Assembly (NCBI GenBank): GCA_030390025.1
Contig: JASTWF010000355.1
Location: forward strand, 186,001 to 250,000
Reading direction: 5' to 3'
Source: Squalus acanthias
Lineage: Eukaryota
Length of the DNA: 64,000 nt
Position numbers and translations under genes: made by a program. Below are positions 11,825 to 23,039 of this stretch, piece by piece. Each line of letters starts with the position of its first letter. Within the stretch, counting starts at the first letter, position 1. The notes beneath the pieces are model-generated. The model saw only the letters and a program-made list of their open reading frames with translations, was not told the origin of the DNA and ran no database searches.

Positions 11825-12944
11825 CAATTAACTGCCATGTTGGAAAATTAAGGCCTAAAATACACTTTTCTGTATCTTATCTTTTCACTTTGTGTCCTAC
11901 AGAAACAGGCTTTCTATTCTGCATCTTGCCTTTTGATTTCATGCCTCGCTCTATCACTGGTTATCTATCTGTCTGTCTCTCACTCACTCACTCTCCCTCC
12001 CATCCACATTGAAATAAAACTTACAGTGACATGACACACAGAAACAAACAGATTCAGCAATTTGCAGATCCACAGACACCCACGCACATACAGACACAAA
12101 CACACAAACTCTGCAATTTGCAGACACAAAGACACGGTTACACATACAGACACACACACACAGACTCTGCATTTTGCAGAAACTCACGCTCACACACACA
12201 CATCCAATTTGAAAAGGGTGCAGCCTGTGAGTATCAATTTTTGATGATGTCCCTTCCTGGCTGTGAGTCCATATTTGATGAGGACAGTCCTACAGGAAGC
12301 AGTGAAGCCGAGGCCCCAGAAATCCGGGTCCCCGAGAGGAAATGAAAGCCCGGGAGGGTGAAAGGAATTAAATACAATCAGGAATAAATACTAATATATA
12401 TACTTTATTTCTGTTAACTAAATGTCTGCCTGTCTGTGGTTTGCCTGAAGTGTAATAAAATGAATGGAAAGATCGCACAGCAGCTTTTGCTGTGAAAACA
12501 TCCCAAGCACATTCCCCAATAAAGCCCAGTTCAGAAAAAAATCAAATGGCTTGATGTATATATGTAGATATGCTTTTTACAAAATTGTTGAAAGATAGGC
12601 AAAGTAAGATCCCACAGCAGTGCAGTCTGGAATGAAATCAGTACAATCTAATCGTATATACTTTGTATTTTTTAGACATGTGATGCAATACCAATGCACA
12701 TGGCAGAGAACATGAACACAGACAAGCCCTGCATACACAGCTTTTGCTCTCTCTCTCTCTCTCTCTCTCACAAACATACACACACAAATGCCAGCTTGCA
12801 AAATTGCCACAAATCATTCTTAGCAATGAAGCAAAGTTGATTTCTATCATTGCTCTGCTCTGTTTGGCAGTTTAAAAGCAGTCAGTTTTCAGTATTTTAT
12901 CTTTTCAGTTTGCGGCCTACAGAAACAGGCTTTCTGTTCTGCAT

Positions 12945-13191
12945 CAAAAGCAAATGCTGTGGATGTGGGAATTCTGCAATAAAATCAGAAAGTTTTGGAA
13001 ATGCTCAGCAGGTAAGTTAGCATCTGTGGAGAGAGAGAGAAACAGAGTTTATGTTTCAGCTCGATTACCTTTTGTCAGATTCTGGCAAGGTTCTGACGAA
13101 AGGTCATCGAGCTGAAACATTTACTCTGTTTCTCTGTATCTCCACTGATGCTGCCTAACCTACTGAGTATTTCCAGCATTTTCTGTTTTTA
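12945..13191. mobile_element. Copy of the Penelope-like inverted terminal-repeat insertion
   Basis: TSD TTTCT(G/A)TTCTGCAT at 12931-12944 and 13192-13205; CTGACGA...GAAA core at 13093-13117. Confidence 0.75.
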
Positions 13192-13520
13192 TTTCTATTC
13201 TGCATGTTGTCTTGATTTCATGTGTCTCTCTCACTGCCTGCCTGCCTGTCTGCCTTGTCTTGAATTGAGGAGTGTGGAATAAAAAGAATCCAAACATCCC
13301 AGAGCAGCTTTTATTGTCAGACAGTCCACAAAGACATTTTTCAGTATCTCACTGACTAACTGTCTGTCTTGAAGTGATGTGAAATGAAATAAAGTGCAAT
13401 GAAGTGATACACAACAGCAATAAATGTGGACTAGGCAAGAATGAAGTCAATAAGTTTTAAACAACAACAGCAGGTAATTCGACAGCAGACCACATCTCAC
13501 ACAAACAACAGCTTTTGCCC

Positions 13521-13557
<37 letters not shown>

Positions 13558-14719
13558 ACCTGGCCAGCCTGCAGAATGATGACGGCCATGTTGGAAAATT
13601 AAACTAAAAATGCACTTTTCTGAATCTTATCTTTTCACTTTGTTGACTAAAGAAACAGGCTTTCTATTCTGCATCTTGCCTTTTGATTTCTTGCCTTGCT
13701 CTCTCACTGACTATCTGTCTGTCTGTCTGCCAGTCACACACTCTCCCTCCCATCCACATTGAAATAAAACTTACAGTAACATGATACACAGACACATACA
13801 GATTCTGCAATTTGCAGAAACTCACACTCACATAACCATTTTGAAAGGGGTGGAGCCTGGGAATGTCAATTTTTGATGATGTCTGTTCCTCGCTGTGCGT
13901 CCATGTTTGACGAAGACAGTCCAACAGGAAGATGTGAAGCCGAGGCCCCAGAAATCCGGGTCCCCGAGAGGAAATGAAAGCTCGGGAGGGTGAAAGGAAG
14001 TAAATACAATCAGGAATCAATAATATATATACTTTACTTCTGTTAATTAAATGTCTGCCTGTCTGTGGTTTGCCTGGAGTGTAATAAAATGAATGGAAGG
14101 ATCCCACAGCAGCTTTTGCTCTGAAAACATCCCAAGCACATTCCCCAATAATGCCCAGTCCAGAAAAACAATCAATGGATTGTTCTGAAAATAATCAAAA
14201 AATATAATATATACTTTTGCTCTAACAAATTTCTTGTCTTGTTTGAGTTGGGCTTAAGGGGAGAGTAACATCCCACAGCAGGATGTGCCATGAAACACTC
14301 CACGAACATTCCCCTATAAATTCCAGTCCAGAAACATATCAAATGGCTTGATGGATATATGTAGATTTGCTTTTTCCAGCATTCCTGAAAGAGAGGAAAA
14401 GTAAGATCCCCAAACAGTGCGGTCTGGAATTAAAACAATATGATCAAATGGAGTAAACTTTCTGTTTCTTTCAGACATGAGATGCCATACCAATGCACAC
14501 GGCAGAGAAGTTGAACACAGACAAGCCCTGCATACACACCAGCTTTTGCTGTCTGTGTCTCTCTCTGTCACACACTCAGACACACACTCACACAGCCAGC
14601 CTGCAAAATCGCCACAAATCACTGTCTGCTATGTTTTGCAGTTTAAAAGGAAACAGACAGTTTTCAGTATTTAATCTTTACATTTTGCGGCCTACAGAAA
14701 CAGGCTTTCTATTCTTCAT

Positions 14720-14966
14720 CAAAAGCATATGCTGTGGATGTAGGAAATCTGAAAACAAAACAGAAAATGCTGGAAATACTCAGCAGGTAAGGCAGCATTG
14801 TTGGATAGAGAGAGAAGCAGTATTAGTATTTGAGCTCGATTACTTTTTGTCAGATTCTGGCAAGGTTCTGACGAAAGGTCATCGAGCTGAAGCATTTAAT
14901 CTGTTTCTCTGTATCTCCACTGATGCTGCCTAACATACTGAGTATTTCCATCATTTTCTGTTTTTA
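14720..14966. mobile_element. Copy of the Penelope-like inverted terminal-repeat insertion
   Basis: TSD copies at 14706-14719 and 14967-14980. Confidence 0.75.
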
Positions 14967-15694
14967 TTTCTATTCTGCATGTTGTCTTGATTTCATGTGT
15001 CTCTCTCTCTCTGCCAGCCTGCCAGTCTACCTTGTGTTGATTTGAGTAGAGTGGAATAAAAAGAATGCAAAGATCCCAGAACAGCTTTTATTGTCAGCAA
15101 GTCCACAAAGGCATTTTTCAGTATCTCACTGACTGACTGTCTTGAAGTGAAGTGAAGTGAAATAAAGTGCAATAAAGTGATACGTAACAGCTTTACATGT
15201 GGACCAGTCCAAAATGAAATCAATAGGGTTTAATACAACAACAGCAAGTATAAGACAGCAGACCACATCTCACACAAACACCAGCTTTTCCTCTCTCTCT
15301 CTCTCTCTCTCACACAATCACACACTCACAGCCTGGCCAGCCTGCAGAGGGATGACTGCCGTGTTGGAAGATTAAATCCAAAAAGACACTTTTCAGTATC
15401 TTATCATTTCACATTGTGGCCTACAGAAACAGTCTTTCTATTCTGCTACTTGCCTGTTGATTTCATGTCTCTCTCGCTCTCACTGACTATCTGTCTGTCT
15501 GCCACTAACAGAGTCTCCCTCCCACCCACATTGAGCTAAAATTTACATTAACATGACACACACACTCACACAGACTCTGCAATTTGCAGAAACTCTCACA
15601 TCCATTTTGAAAGGGGTGCAGGGCCTCTGACCTCACAATGGGAGATGACGCTATCAGCTCGAGCGGGAAACCGTTAAATTAAATTAAATTAAAT

Positions 15695-16350
15695 TCAATT
15701 AACGAACACATTCAATCCGGGTCTTGTTCCCCGCAGTAACTCCAGCTGATTCTGTCGGGATGAACTGAACCGATTGTTCCACAGCCTGAAACAGATTAAA
15801 GATTAAACAGGAAATAAACAGATTGAAGAACAGTGCAAATAACCGCGAGACTGGGGTTAATATTTCAATAATAATTACAGACAAATATTACCCACAGTGA
15901 CTGAATCCCATTGATATTTTATTTATTACATTAAACATTAACACAAACACTCACTCGATCCGCTCCAGACTCCGGCAGGTCAGTATGAGGTGGCGGAGAG
16001 CGGGGACAGATCGGTCTGTGAAGGAGTTTAATCTCAGGTTCAGATCCGTCACTGAGCGGTTTGTACTGAGAGCGGAGGCGAGATCCTCGGCACTAGAATC
16101 TGTGAGACCGACAAACCATAGCCTGGGGATCAGAGAGAGAAATAACAGGAATCAGAGTCAATCCCCAGAGTTTATTAATAACACTATTACTGATACTAAT
16201 AATAATGTTCAGTGTCAGACATCCAGTTATTATAAACACAATCTCACACAGTCTGGTACTTACTCCAGTGTCTGTATTTTACAGTCCGGGTTCCTCAGAG
16301 CCGCAGACACTAGTTTCACTCCTGAATCTCCCAGATTATTTTCACTCAGT
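15695..16350 (-). CDS. LRR exons of the - strand NLR: 16350-16264 (87 nt), 16122-15955 (168 nt), 15785-15695 (91 nt, stop)
   Basis: Canonical splice sites, phase 2; translation [43 protein letters not shown]...ERIE-LWNNRFSSSRQNQLELLRGTRPGLNVFVN*. Confidence 0.85.
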
Positions 16351-16866
16351 CTAAATACAAACAGAGAGAAACAAACTGAATCAAAGCTCGGATCTGACAT
16401 ATTTTTCTCTCTCAGATATTACAGCAATCACTGAAAGTACTTCAGGAGATTAATAACCCGGTTTCCCCCCGCGATTTCCCCCCTTGTCGGGTCGGTGGTG
16501 GGTCGGGTGGGGCCGGGGTCGGTGGTGGGTCGGGTGGGGCCGGTGTCGGGAGCGGCTCGGGTGTCCCTCAGACCGGTCTCATTCCCTGATGATCAGAATT
16601 ATCCTCCTGGAGCTCAGTGACAGGCCTCGTCATGTTTGGAGAAATTTGTCTCATTTCTGCTGCTCCTTAAATCGCGGATTTTCTGGGAATGGGGTGATTT
16701 TCCCAGAATTAAATGATAAAGCGGTGATTCCCTGTACTTTTTACTCTGTGCATTATATTAATCTGTATAATGTCTCGGGGTGAGTTATATTGTGAAACGC
16801 TAACTGCTGCTGTAAAATCAGTCCCCCAGGATTATATATAACACGGAGAATTTATGCTGAATTAGA

Positions 16867-18316
16867 ATCAGAAAATGCTGGAAATACCCAGCAGGTCAGG
16901 CAGCATCTTATAGAGAGAGAAACAGAGTTTATGTTTCAGGTCGAGGAACCTTCGTCAGAACTGGAAAAAGTTACAGATGTAACAGATTTTTAAGCAAGTG
17001 TCGGGGCCGGGAAAGGTGGGGGGAGCGGAGGAAAGAACAAAAGGGAAGGTCTGTGATAGGGTGGAAGACAGGAGAGATTAAAAGACAAAAGGGATGATGG
17101 TGCAAGCAAAAGGAGATGGTAATGGGACAAGTTAAGAAACAAAACATTAATCTAGATGAGGTGTGAATGGCAATGGCAGAATCATCAGCAGCTGTCATGC
17201 GAGAGAAAAACAAGGGAAAAGGAAAAACAAAAATGAAAAAAATAAAATAGGGGCCGAGTTTATAATCTGAACTTGTTGAACATCGATGTTGAGTCCAGAA
17301 GCATAGAACATAGAAGATAGGAGCAAGATAGGCCCCTCTAGCCTGCTCCACCATTTAATGAGATCATGGTTGATCATCCAAATTCAGTACCCGAAACCTG
17401 CCTTCTCCCCATATCCCTTGAAACCTTCAGCCTTAAGAAATATATCTATCTCCTTCTTGAAGGCTGTAAAGTGCCTAATTGAAAGATGAGGTGCTGTTAC
17501 TCGATCTTATGTTGTACTTTGTTGGAAGAGCGTAAGAGGCCGAGGATGGAGAGATCAGAGTGGTAGTGGGCCAAAAATTTAAAGCGATAGGCGACCAGAA
17601 GCTCGGGGTCACACTTACCGACTGAGCGGAGGTGTTCCGCAAAGCAGTCACCCAATCTGCGTTTGGTATCGCCAATGTAGAGGAGACCACATCGTGAGCA
17701 ACGAATACAGTATAGTAAATTGCAAGAAGTACAACTACATCACTGTTTTACCTGGAAGGAGTGTTTGGGGCCCTGGACAGTGGGAAGGAAAGTGGTAAAA
17801 TGGCAGGTGTAGCATCTCCTGCACTTGCACGGGAAGGTGCCGAGGGAAGGGGAAGGGATGTTGGGAGTGATTGAGGAGTGGACCAGGGTGTTGCGGAGGG
17901 AGCGGTCCCTTCAGAATGCTTAAAGGGGAGGGGAGGGGAAGATATGTTAAGTGGTGGGATCACGCTGGGGTGGCGGAAATGGCGGAGGATGATCCGTTGA
18001 ATGCGGAGGCTGCTGGGGTGAAAGGTGAGGACAAGGGGAACCCTATTGTGGTTCTGGGAGGAAGGGGAATGGGTGAGAGCAGAAGTGCGGGAAATAGAAT
18101 GGGCACGGTCAAGAGCACGTGTCAACACGGTAGAGGGGAATCCTCCATTGAGGAAAAAGGAAGACATGTCGGAAGCACTGGTATGGAACGTGACATTGTC
18201 AGAGCAGATGCGGCAGAGACAGAAAAACTGGGAGAATGGACCAGGGTTTTTACAGGAAGCGGGGTGGAAGGAAGTGTATTCCAGGTAGATGTGGGAGTCA
18301 GAGGGATTTGTAGTGA
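16867..18316 (-). mobile_element. Penelope-like retroelement 3' fragment (RT C-terminus, GIY-YIG endonuclease, terminal repeat with hammerhead-like core) in the NLR intron
   Basis: Minus strand encodes RVPLVLTFHP and LLYCIRCSRCGLLYIGDTKRRLGDCFAEHLRSV (GIY-YIG); CTGACGA-stem-GAAA at ~16934-16958. Confidence 0.85.
17302..17460 (-). mobile_element. Short CR1 3'-end insertion nested in the Penelope element
   Basis: (TTCTATG)n tail and CR1 3' UTR; the host resumes at GAAGGCTGTAAAG. Confidence 0.7.
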
Positions 18317-18470
18317 ATGTTTGTCAATAGCAGCAATAGAGTTTATTCTGTCCCGTTACAAGTTTCAAATGTCCCTGTACTCCTAGTTTATAGGGGAGGG
18401 AGTCTCTCACTTTATTCCCATTAAACTGGCTCTACATTTATTTCAGGTGTAACTGGCCCGACAGGTTTTG

Positions 18471-18538
18471 GGGAATTTTCGGAAGTTCCCTCCCCGAGCG
18501 GGGACTCACACACAGGGGGCGGATTATGGGGAATTCCC
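18471..18538. promoter_or_regulatory. Cluster of NF-kB-like sites with a GC box in the NLR intron
   Basis: GGGAATTTTC 18471-80, GGAAGTTCCC 18481-90, GGGGGCGG ~18515-22, GGGAATTCCC 18529-38. Confidence 0.45.
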
Positions 18539-19214
18539 GGGTTCACTGCCCCCGGTTTACCCAGGAGCCGCCCGCTGTGTGCGAGGCCCCACCGCTGGCC
18601 AGTGTGTGTCTGTACTCCGGTTAGATTGGAACATTTTCACCGGCAGGTTTAAGATCCTGAATATCAATCTTTACTCAATGTTCAGGACTCTGAATAATTG
18701 TAAACATTAAGAGCTGAAAGAATTCCTGATTCCCCAATATTCCCACGCCAGGAAACTAACCCCTCGACAGGACACACCCTGCACGGTATTGGACTAAATA
18801 TCGAACTGTTAGTGATTTAAACTCGGGTTCCAGTCCTGTTTCTAGTTGAAATGGTGGCTGTGGAAAACATTTTAAATTAATCTTATCTTTACTGCCGGAT
18901 TATATTTTATGTTTACATTCCGTTGTCCACCCTTATTAAATGTGATTTATTGTAAATAAATGATCAGACTCTCAGTGACCTGTATTTGTTGATCCGATAA
19001 AGACTGCAAAATCCCTAGTTTTTCAGAAGGATCAATTTTACATTCTCCAGTCCTTAGGGAATTACTAACTGATCCTCTTAGTATTGGTCATATTTGTGTT
19101 GAATCTGCTTCTCTCTGGTTTAACGGAACTGTGTTTACCTACATTAAGGAGCAACGACACAATCCGTGACTGTTCTACAATTCGCCCAACAGATAGAGAC
19201 AAATAAACAGTTAC

Positions 19215-21699
19215 CCCAGCACCCGGCATTTTTGTAGTACGGGTCCCAGCCGCTGGAGTCCCTCACACTGAATGGAGCCGTTCTGTAGATCAAGTTCTTT
19301 TATTGTATCACAGAGTCCAATGACGTGAGACAGGACCGCACAGTCAATCGGGGTCAATCTCAATCTACTAAATGTAGGTGTTTTCACAGATACCACTGTT
19401 TTCCGAGCCAGTGCTTGATTCTGAGACTCAAACAGGTAGTGGAATGTGTTTAGGAGGTTCCTTTGACCAGTTTCACTCCCTGTGTTCCCAATCTGTCCTT
19501 CAACCTTCTCCATCACCCAGTCAATCACTCGGCAGGTGGTTTACATAGATACATAGATACATAGAAGATAGGAGCAGGAGTTGGCCATCCGGCCCTTCGA
19601 GCCTGCTCCGCCATTTAATGAGATCATGGCTGATCCTCCAATTCAGTAACCCGTCCCCGCCTTCTCTCCGTAACCCTTAACCCCTTTTGCCTGTAGAAAT
19701 ATATCTAATTCCCTCTTAAATATATTTAATGAGCTGGCGTACACTGCCCTCTGTGGCAATGAGTTCCACAGGTTCACCACCCTCTGAGTGAAGAAATTCC
19801 CCCTCATTTCTGTCCTAAATGGTTTAGCCCTTATCCTTAAATTATGTCCTCTAGTTCTGTTCTCACCCGCCAAGGGAAAAAATTCCTTCTGCATCTACTC
19901 TGTCTAGACCTGTCAGAATTTTATACACTTCTATGAGGTCCCCTCTCAATCTTCTAAACTCCAGTGTGTACATCCCTAAACTACATAGTCTCTCCTCATA
20001 GGTCAATCCCGCCATTCCTGGTATCAGCCTGGTGAATCGCCGCTGCACCCCCTCCATGGCAAGAACATCTTTCCTCAGATAAGGCGACCAAAACTGTACA
20101 CAGTACTCGAGGTGTGGTCTCACCAGTGCCCTGTACAGCTGCAGCAAGATATCCCTGTTCCTGTATTCCAACCCTTTTGCTATGAAGGCCAGCATACCGT
20201 TTGCCTTCTTGATCGCCTGTTGCACCTGCATGCTCGCCTTCAGTGACTGGTTTGATGAAGAAATGGACCCAGAAACTCCTCCAGGGGCCGAGCTGCCTGT
20301 GGGGAGGAGAGACCAGCAACAAAACGGAGAAATATCTCGAATCGTCCATCTTCCTTGCTGTGGGATTCTCTGAGGAGTGTCAGGATGTCCCCGGGATCTG
20401 GAGTTAGGAATTGTGCGAGTGCAGCTACAAACTCTTGGATGGTGAGGTGCGGGAATGTGTACACCACGCTCTGGACAGAATCATCTCTCTCCAAAAGTTC
20501 CATCATGAACCCAGACAGGAACTGGGAAGGTTGCAGATTGTACTTGATCAAATCTCCATTTCTAAACACAATCTTCTTCTCGGAGACTCCTGTGAAGGCC
20601 ATCTCACCAAGATTCAGTAACACATCACGGGGGCTTTCAATCTCTCGGCCATGGTGTTTCAGAATGTTGTAGATATAGTAGGAATATAGTTGGGTGATGG
20701 TCTTGGGAACTCGCTGCTGCTTCCTGTCTCTTTGTGTAAAGAAGGGACCCAGTGACAGACCGAGGATCCAGCAGTAGGAAGGGTTGTAGCACATTGTGTA
20801 CAGGATCTCGTTCTCTTCCACATGTTTGAAAACAGCTGCAGCCACCGCCTGATCTTCAAAAAACTTGTTGAAATATTCCTTCCGTTCTTCACCAACAAAT
20901 CCCAGGATTTCAGCCCAGACACTGATGTCAATCTTTTCCAATAAATGTAATGCAGTGGGGCGGCTGGTCACTAGCACTGAACATCCTGGGAGCAGCTTGT
21001 GCTGTATTAAACTGCACACAATGTCAGACACTTCACACCAGGCTTCAGGAGCTGTGCACATGTGCTGAGGTTCTGTATTTCTCCGATTGTCAGCAAAATC
21101 GATCTTGTCATTGAATTCATCCAAACCATCGAATATAAACAGCAATCTCTCTGGGTTCTTCCAGAGCTCTCCAAGTATATTCGCAAAGTAAGGATACAGA
21201 TCCAGTATCAGATTCCTCAGGTTTATTCGACAGTTAATAGCGTTCAAATCCCGGAATTTAAAACTGAAATCAAATTGAAAATGTGGGTATATTTTCCCAG
21301 TGGCCCAGTCATGAACAACCTTTTGTACCATTGTTGTTTTTCCAATCCCCGGTTCTCCACTCACTGCTGTGGACCTCCCAGACTTTACTCGCCGGAACTT
21401 ACCCTTTATTTTCTGGAACAAACCTCCTCTCCGGGAAAAACTGCTGTGGAACAATTGATCAGTTCGGATTTTCTCCAGTTCTCTCCGGAGGTGTTCCTCT
21501 CTCCACTCTTCATGGTCTCGGCCTCTTGCCAGCCGTTCATGTTCCACAAGTGTCCGATCTCGAACAGTAGAAATGACCGTTAGCTCAGCGTATCGATCAA
21601 CCAGCTGGAATACCTTAACCTTCTCCTTTATTAGGAGAGTGTTCACTCTCAGTGTTTCAGTTTGTTCCCGGAGTGTGTCCTTGTGTTTCTGATGAACAT
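19215..21699 (-). CDS. NACHT exon (FISNA-like lead, NACHT, winged-helix/HD2, first LRR), interrupted at 19543-20247
   Basis: Walker A GEPGIGKTT, Walker B LLFIFDGLDE, sensor VTSRP, FPHLTIQEF. Acceptor ...TGAAG|ATG at 21699 and donor GG|GTAACT at 19215. Removing the insert and one TSD gives a 1774-nt open exon (...FLHQTTCRVIDWV...). Confidence 0.92.
19543..20247 (-). mobile_element. 5'-truncated CR1 LINE inserted in the NACHT exon
   Basis: TSD TGGTTT at 19537-19542 and 20248-20253; RT C-terminus VRPHLEYCVQFWSP; (TATCTATG)n tail. Confidence 0.95.
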
Positions 21700-21915
21700 C
21701 TTCAATTAGAACAGACAGAAAGTGGTTCTCAGTATTAGTTGTATTGACATAAAAAAAACTTCTCAATAACATTTCACTATTCAGTAAAATATTGCAAGAT
21801 TGGCCGTTTCGTTAGAGATGTGCGTAGAAATTAAAACTAAGTTAATAGATGATAAGTGTTTCAAATCCTCACTTGATTCTAATACTTACTGGGAAATAGG
21901 GCACAGGATATCAGT

Positions 21916-22975
21916 GGGATATGGACAGACTGTGAATGGTCAAGTGTGCCACTGTTATTGTATCAGTCCTTCGGCAGGTTATCTGGGGCATTGTGTGAAT
22001 TGAGAGTGGGAAAGACTGTGAATGGTCAAGTGTCCCACTGTTACTGAATCAGTCCTTGGGCAGGTTATCTGGGGCATTGTGTGAATTGAGAGTGGGACAG
22101 ACTGTGAATGGTTAAATGTCCCACTGGTATTGTATCAGATCTTGGGCAGGTTATCTGGGGCATTGTGTGAATTGGGAGTGGGACAGTCTGTGAATGGTCA
22201 AGTGTCCCACTGTTATTGTATCAGACCTTGGGCAGGTTATCTGCGGCATTGTGTGAATTGAGAGTGGGACAGACTGTGAATGGTCAAGTGTCCCACAGTT
22301 ATTGTATCAGACCTTGGGCAGGTTATCTGGGGCATTGTGTGATTTGTGACTGTGACAGACTGTGAATGGTCAAGTGTCCCACTGTTACTGTATCAGTCCT
22401 TTTGCAGGTTATCCGGGGCATTGTGTGAAATGGGAGTGGGACAGACTTTGATTGGTCATGTGTCCCACTGTTACTCTATCAGACCTTGGACAGGTTATCT
22501 TCACTATTGTGTGAATTGGGAGTGGGACAGACTTTGAATGTTCAAGTTTCCCACTGTTACTGTATCAGACCTTGGGCAGGTTATCTGGGGCATTGTATGA
22601 ATTGGCAGTGGAGCAGACGGTGAATGGTCAAGTGTCCCACTGTTACTGTATTAGACATTGGGCAGGTTATTTTGGGCATTGTGTGAATTGGGAGTGGGAC
22701 AGACTGTGAATGGTAAAATGTCCCACTGTTATTGTATCAGACCTTGGACAGGTTATCTGGGGCATTGTGTGAATTGAGAATGGGAGAGACTGTGAATGAT
22801 CAAGTGTCCCACTGTTACTGTTTCACACTTTGGGCAGTTTATCTGGGGCATTGTGTGAATTGAGAGTGGGAAAGATTGTGAATGGTCAGGAGTCCCACTG
22901 TCATTGTATCAGACCTTGGGCAGGTTATCTGGGTTTTTGTGTGAATTGAGAGAGGGACAAATCTGTGAATGGACG
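21916..22975. repeat. 86-bp minisatellite, ~12 copies
   Basis: Unit GGGACAGACTGTGAATGGTCAAGTGTCCCACTGTTATTGTATCAGACCTTGGGCAGGTTATCTGGGGCATTGTGTGAATTGAGAGT. Confidence 0.95.
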
Positions 22976-23039
22976 GATGTTCCTCTCGCCGTTCTACTTA
23001 ACCATTAACTAAGCTTCCGAACCTCTTATCCTCTCCATC

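Larger units (their letters stand above)
11825..15620 (-). repeat. ~1.76-kb tandem duplication (2 units + part of a third); right arm of the inverted duplication
   Basis: Reverse complement of 4890-8657; the marker recurs at ~15555, ~13785 and ~12035. Confidence 0.9.
15695..21699 (-). pseudogene. NACHT-LRR (NLR, NLRP/NLRC3-like fish-type) gene, probably disabled by a CR1 insertion; N-terminal exon(s) not identified
   Basis: NACHT exon plus three LRR exons in compatible phases; premature TGA at 20240-20242 inside the insertion. Confidence 0.75.

Noticed and set aside
20240..21772. The 510-aa ORF as a complete single-exon gene
   Set aside because: The first ~24 codons are intron upstream of the acceptor at 21700, and the stop comes from the CR1 insert.
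21916..22975. CRISPR-like array of palindromic repeats
   Set aside because: No unique spacers, eukaryotic context and no cas genes.
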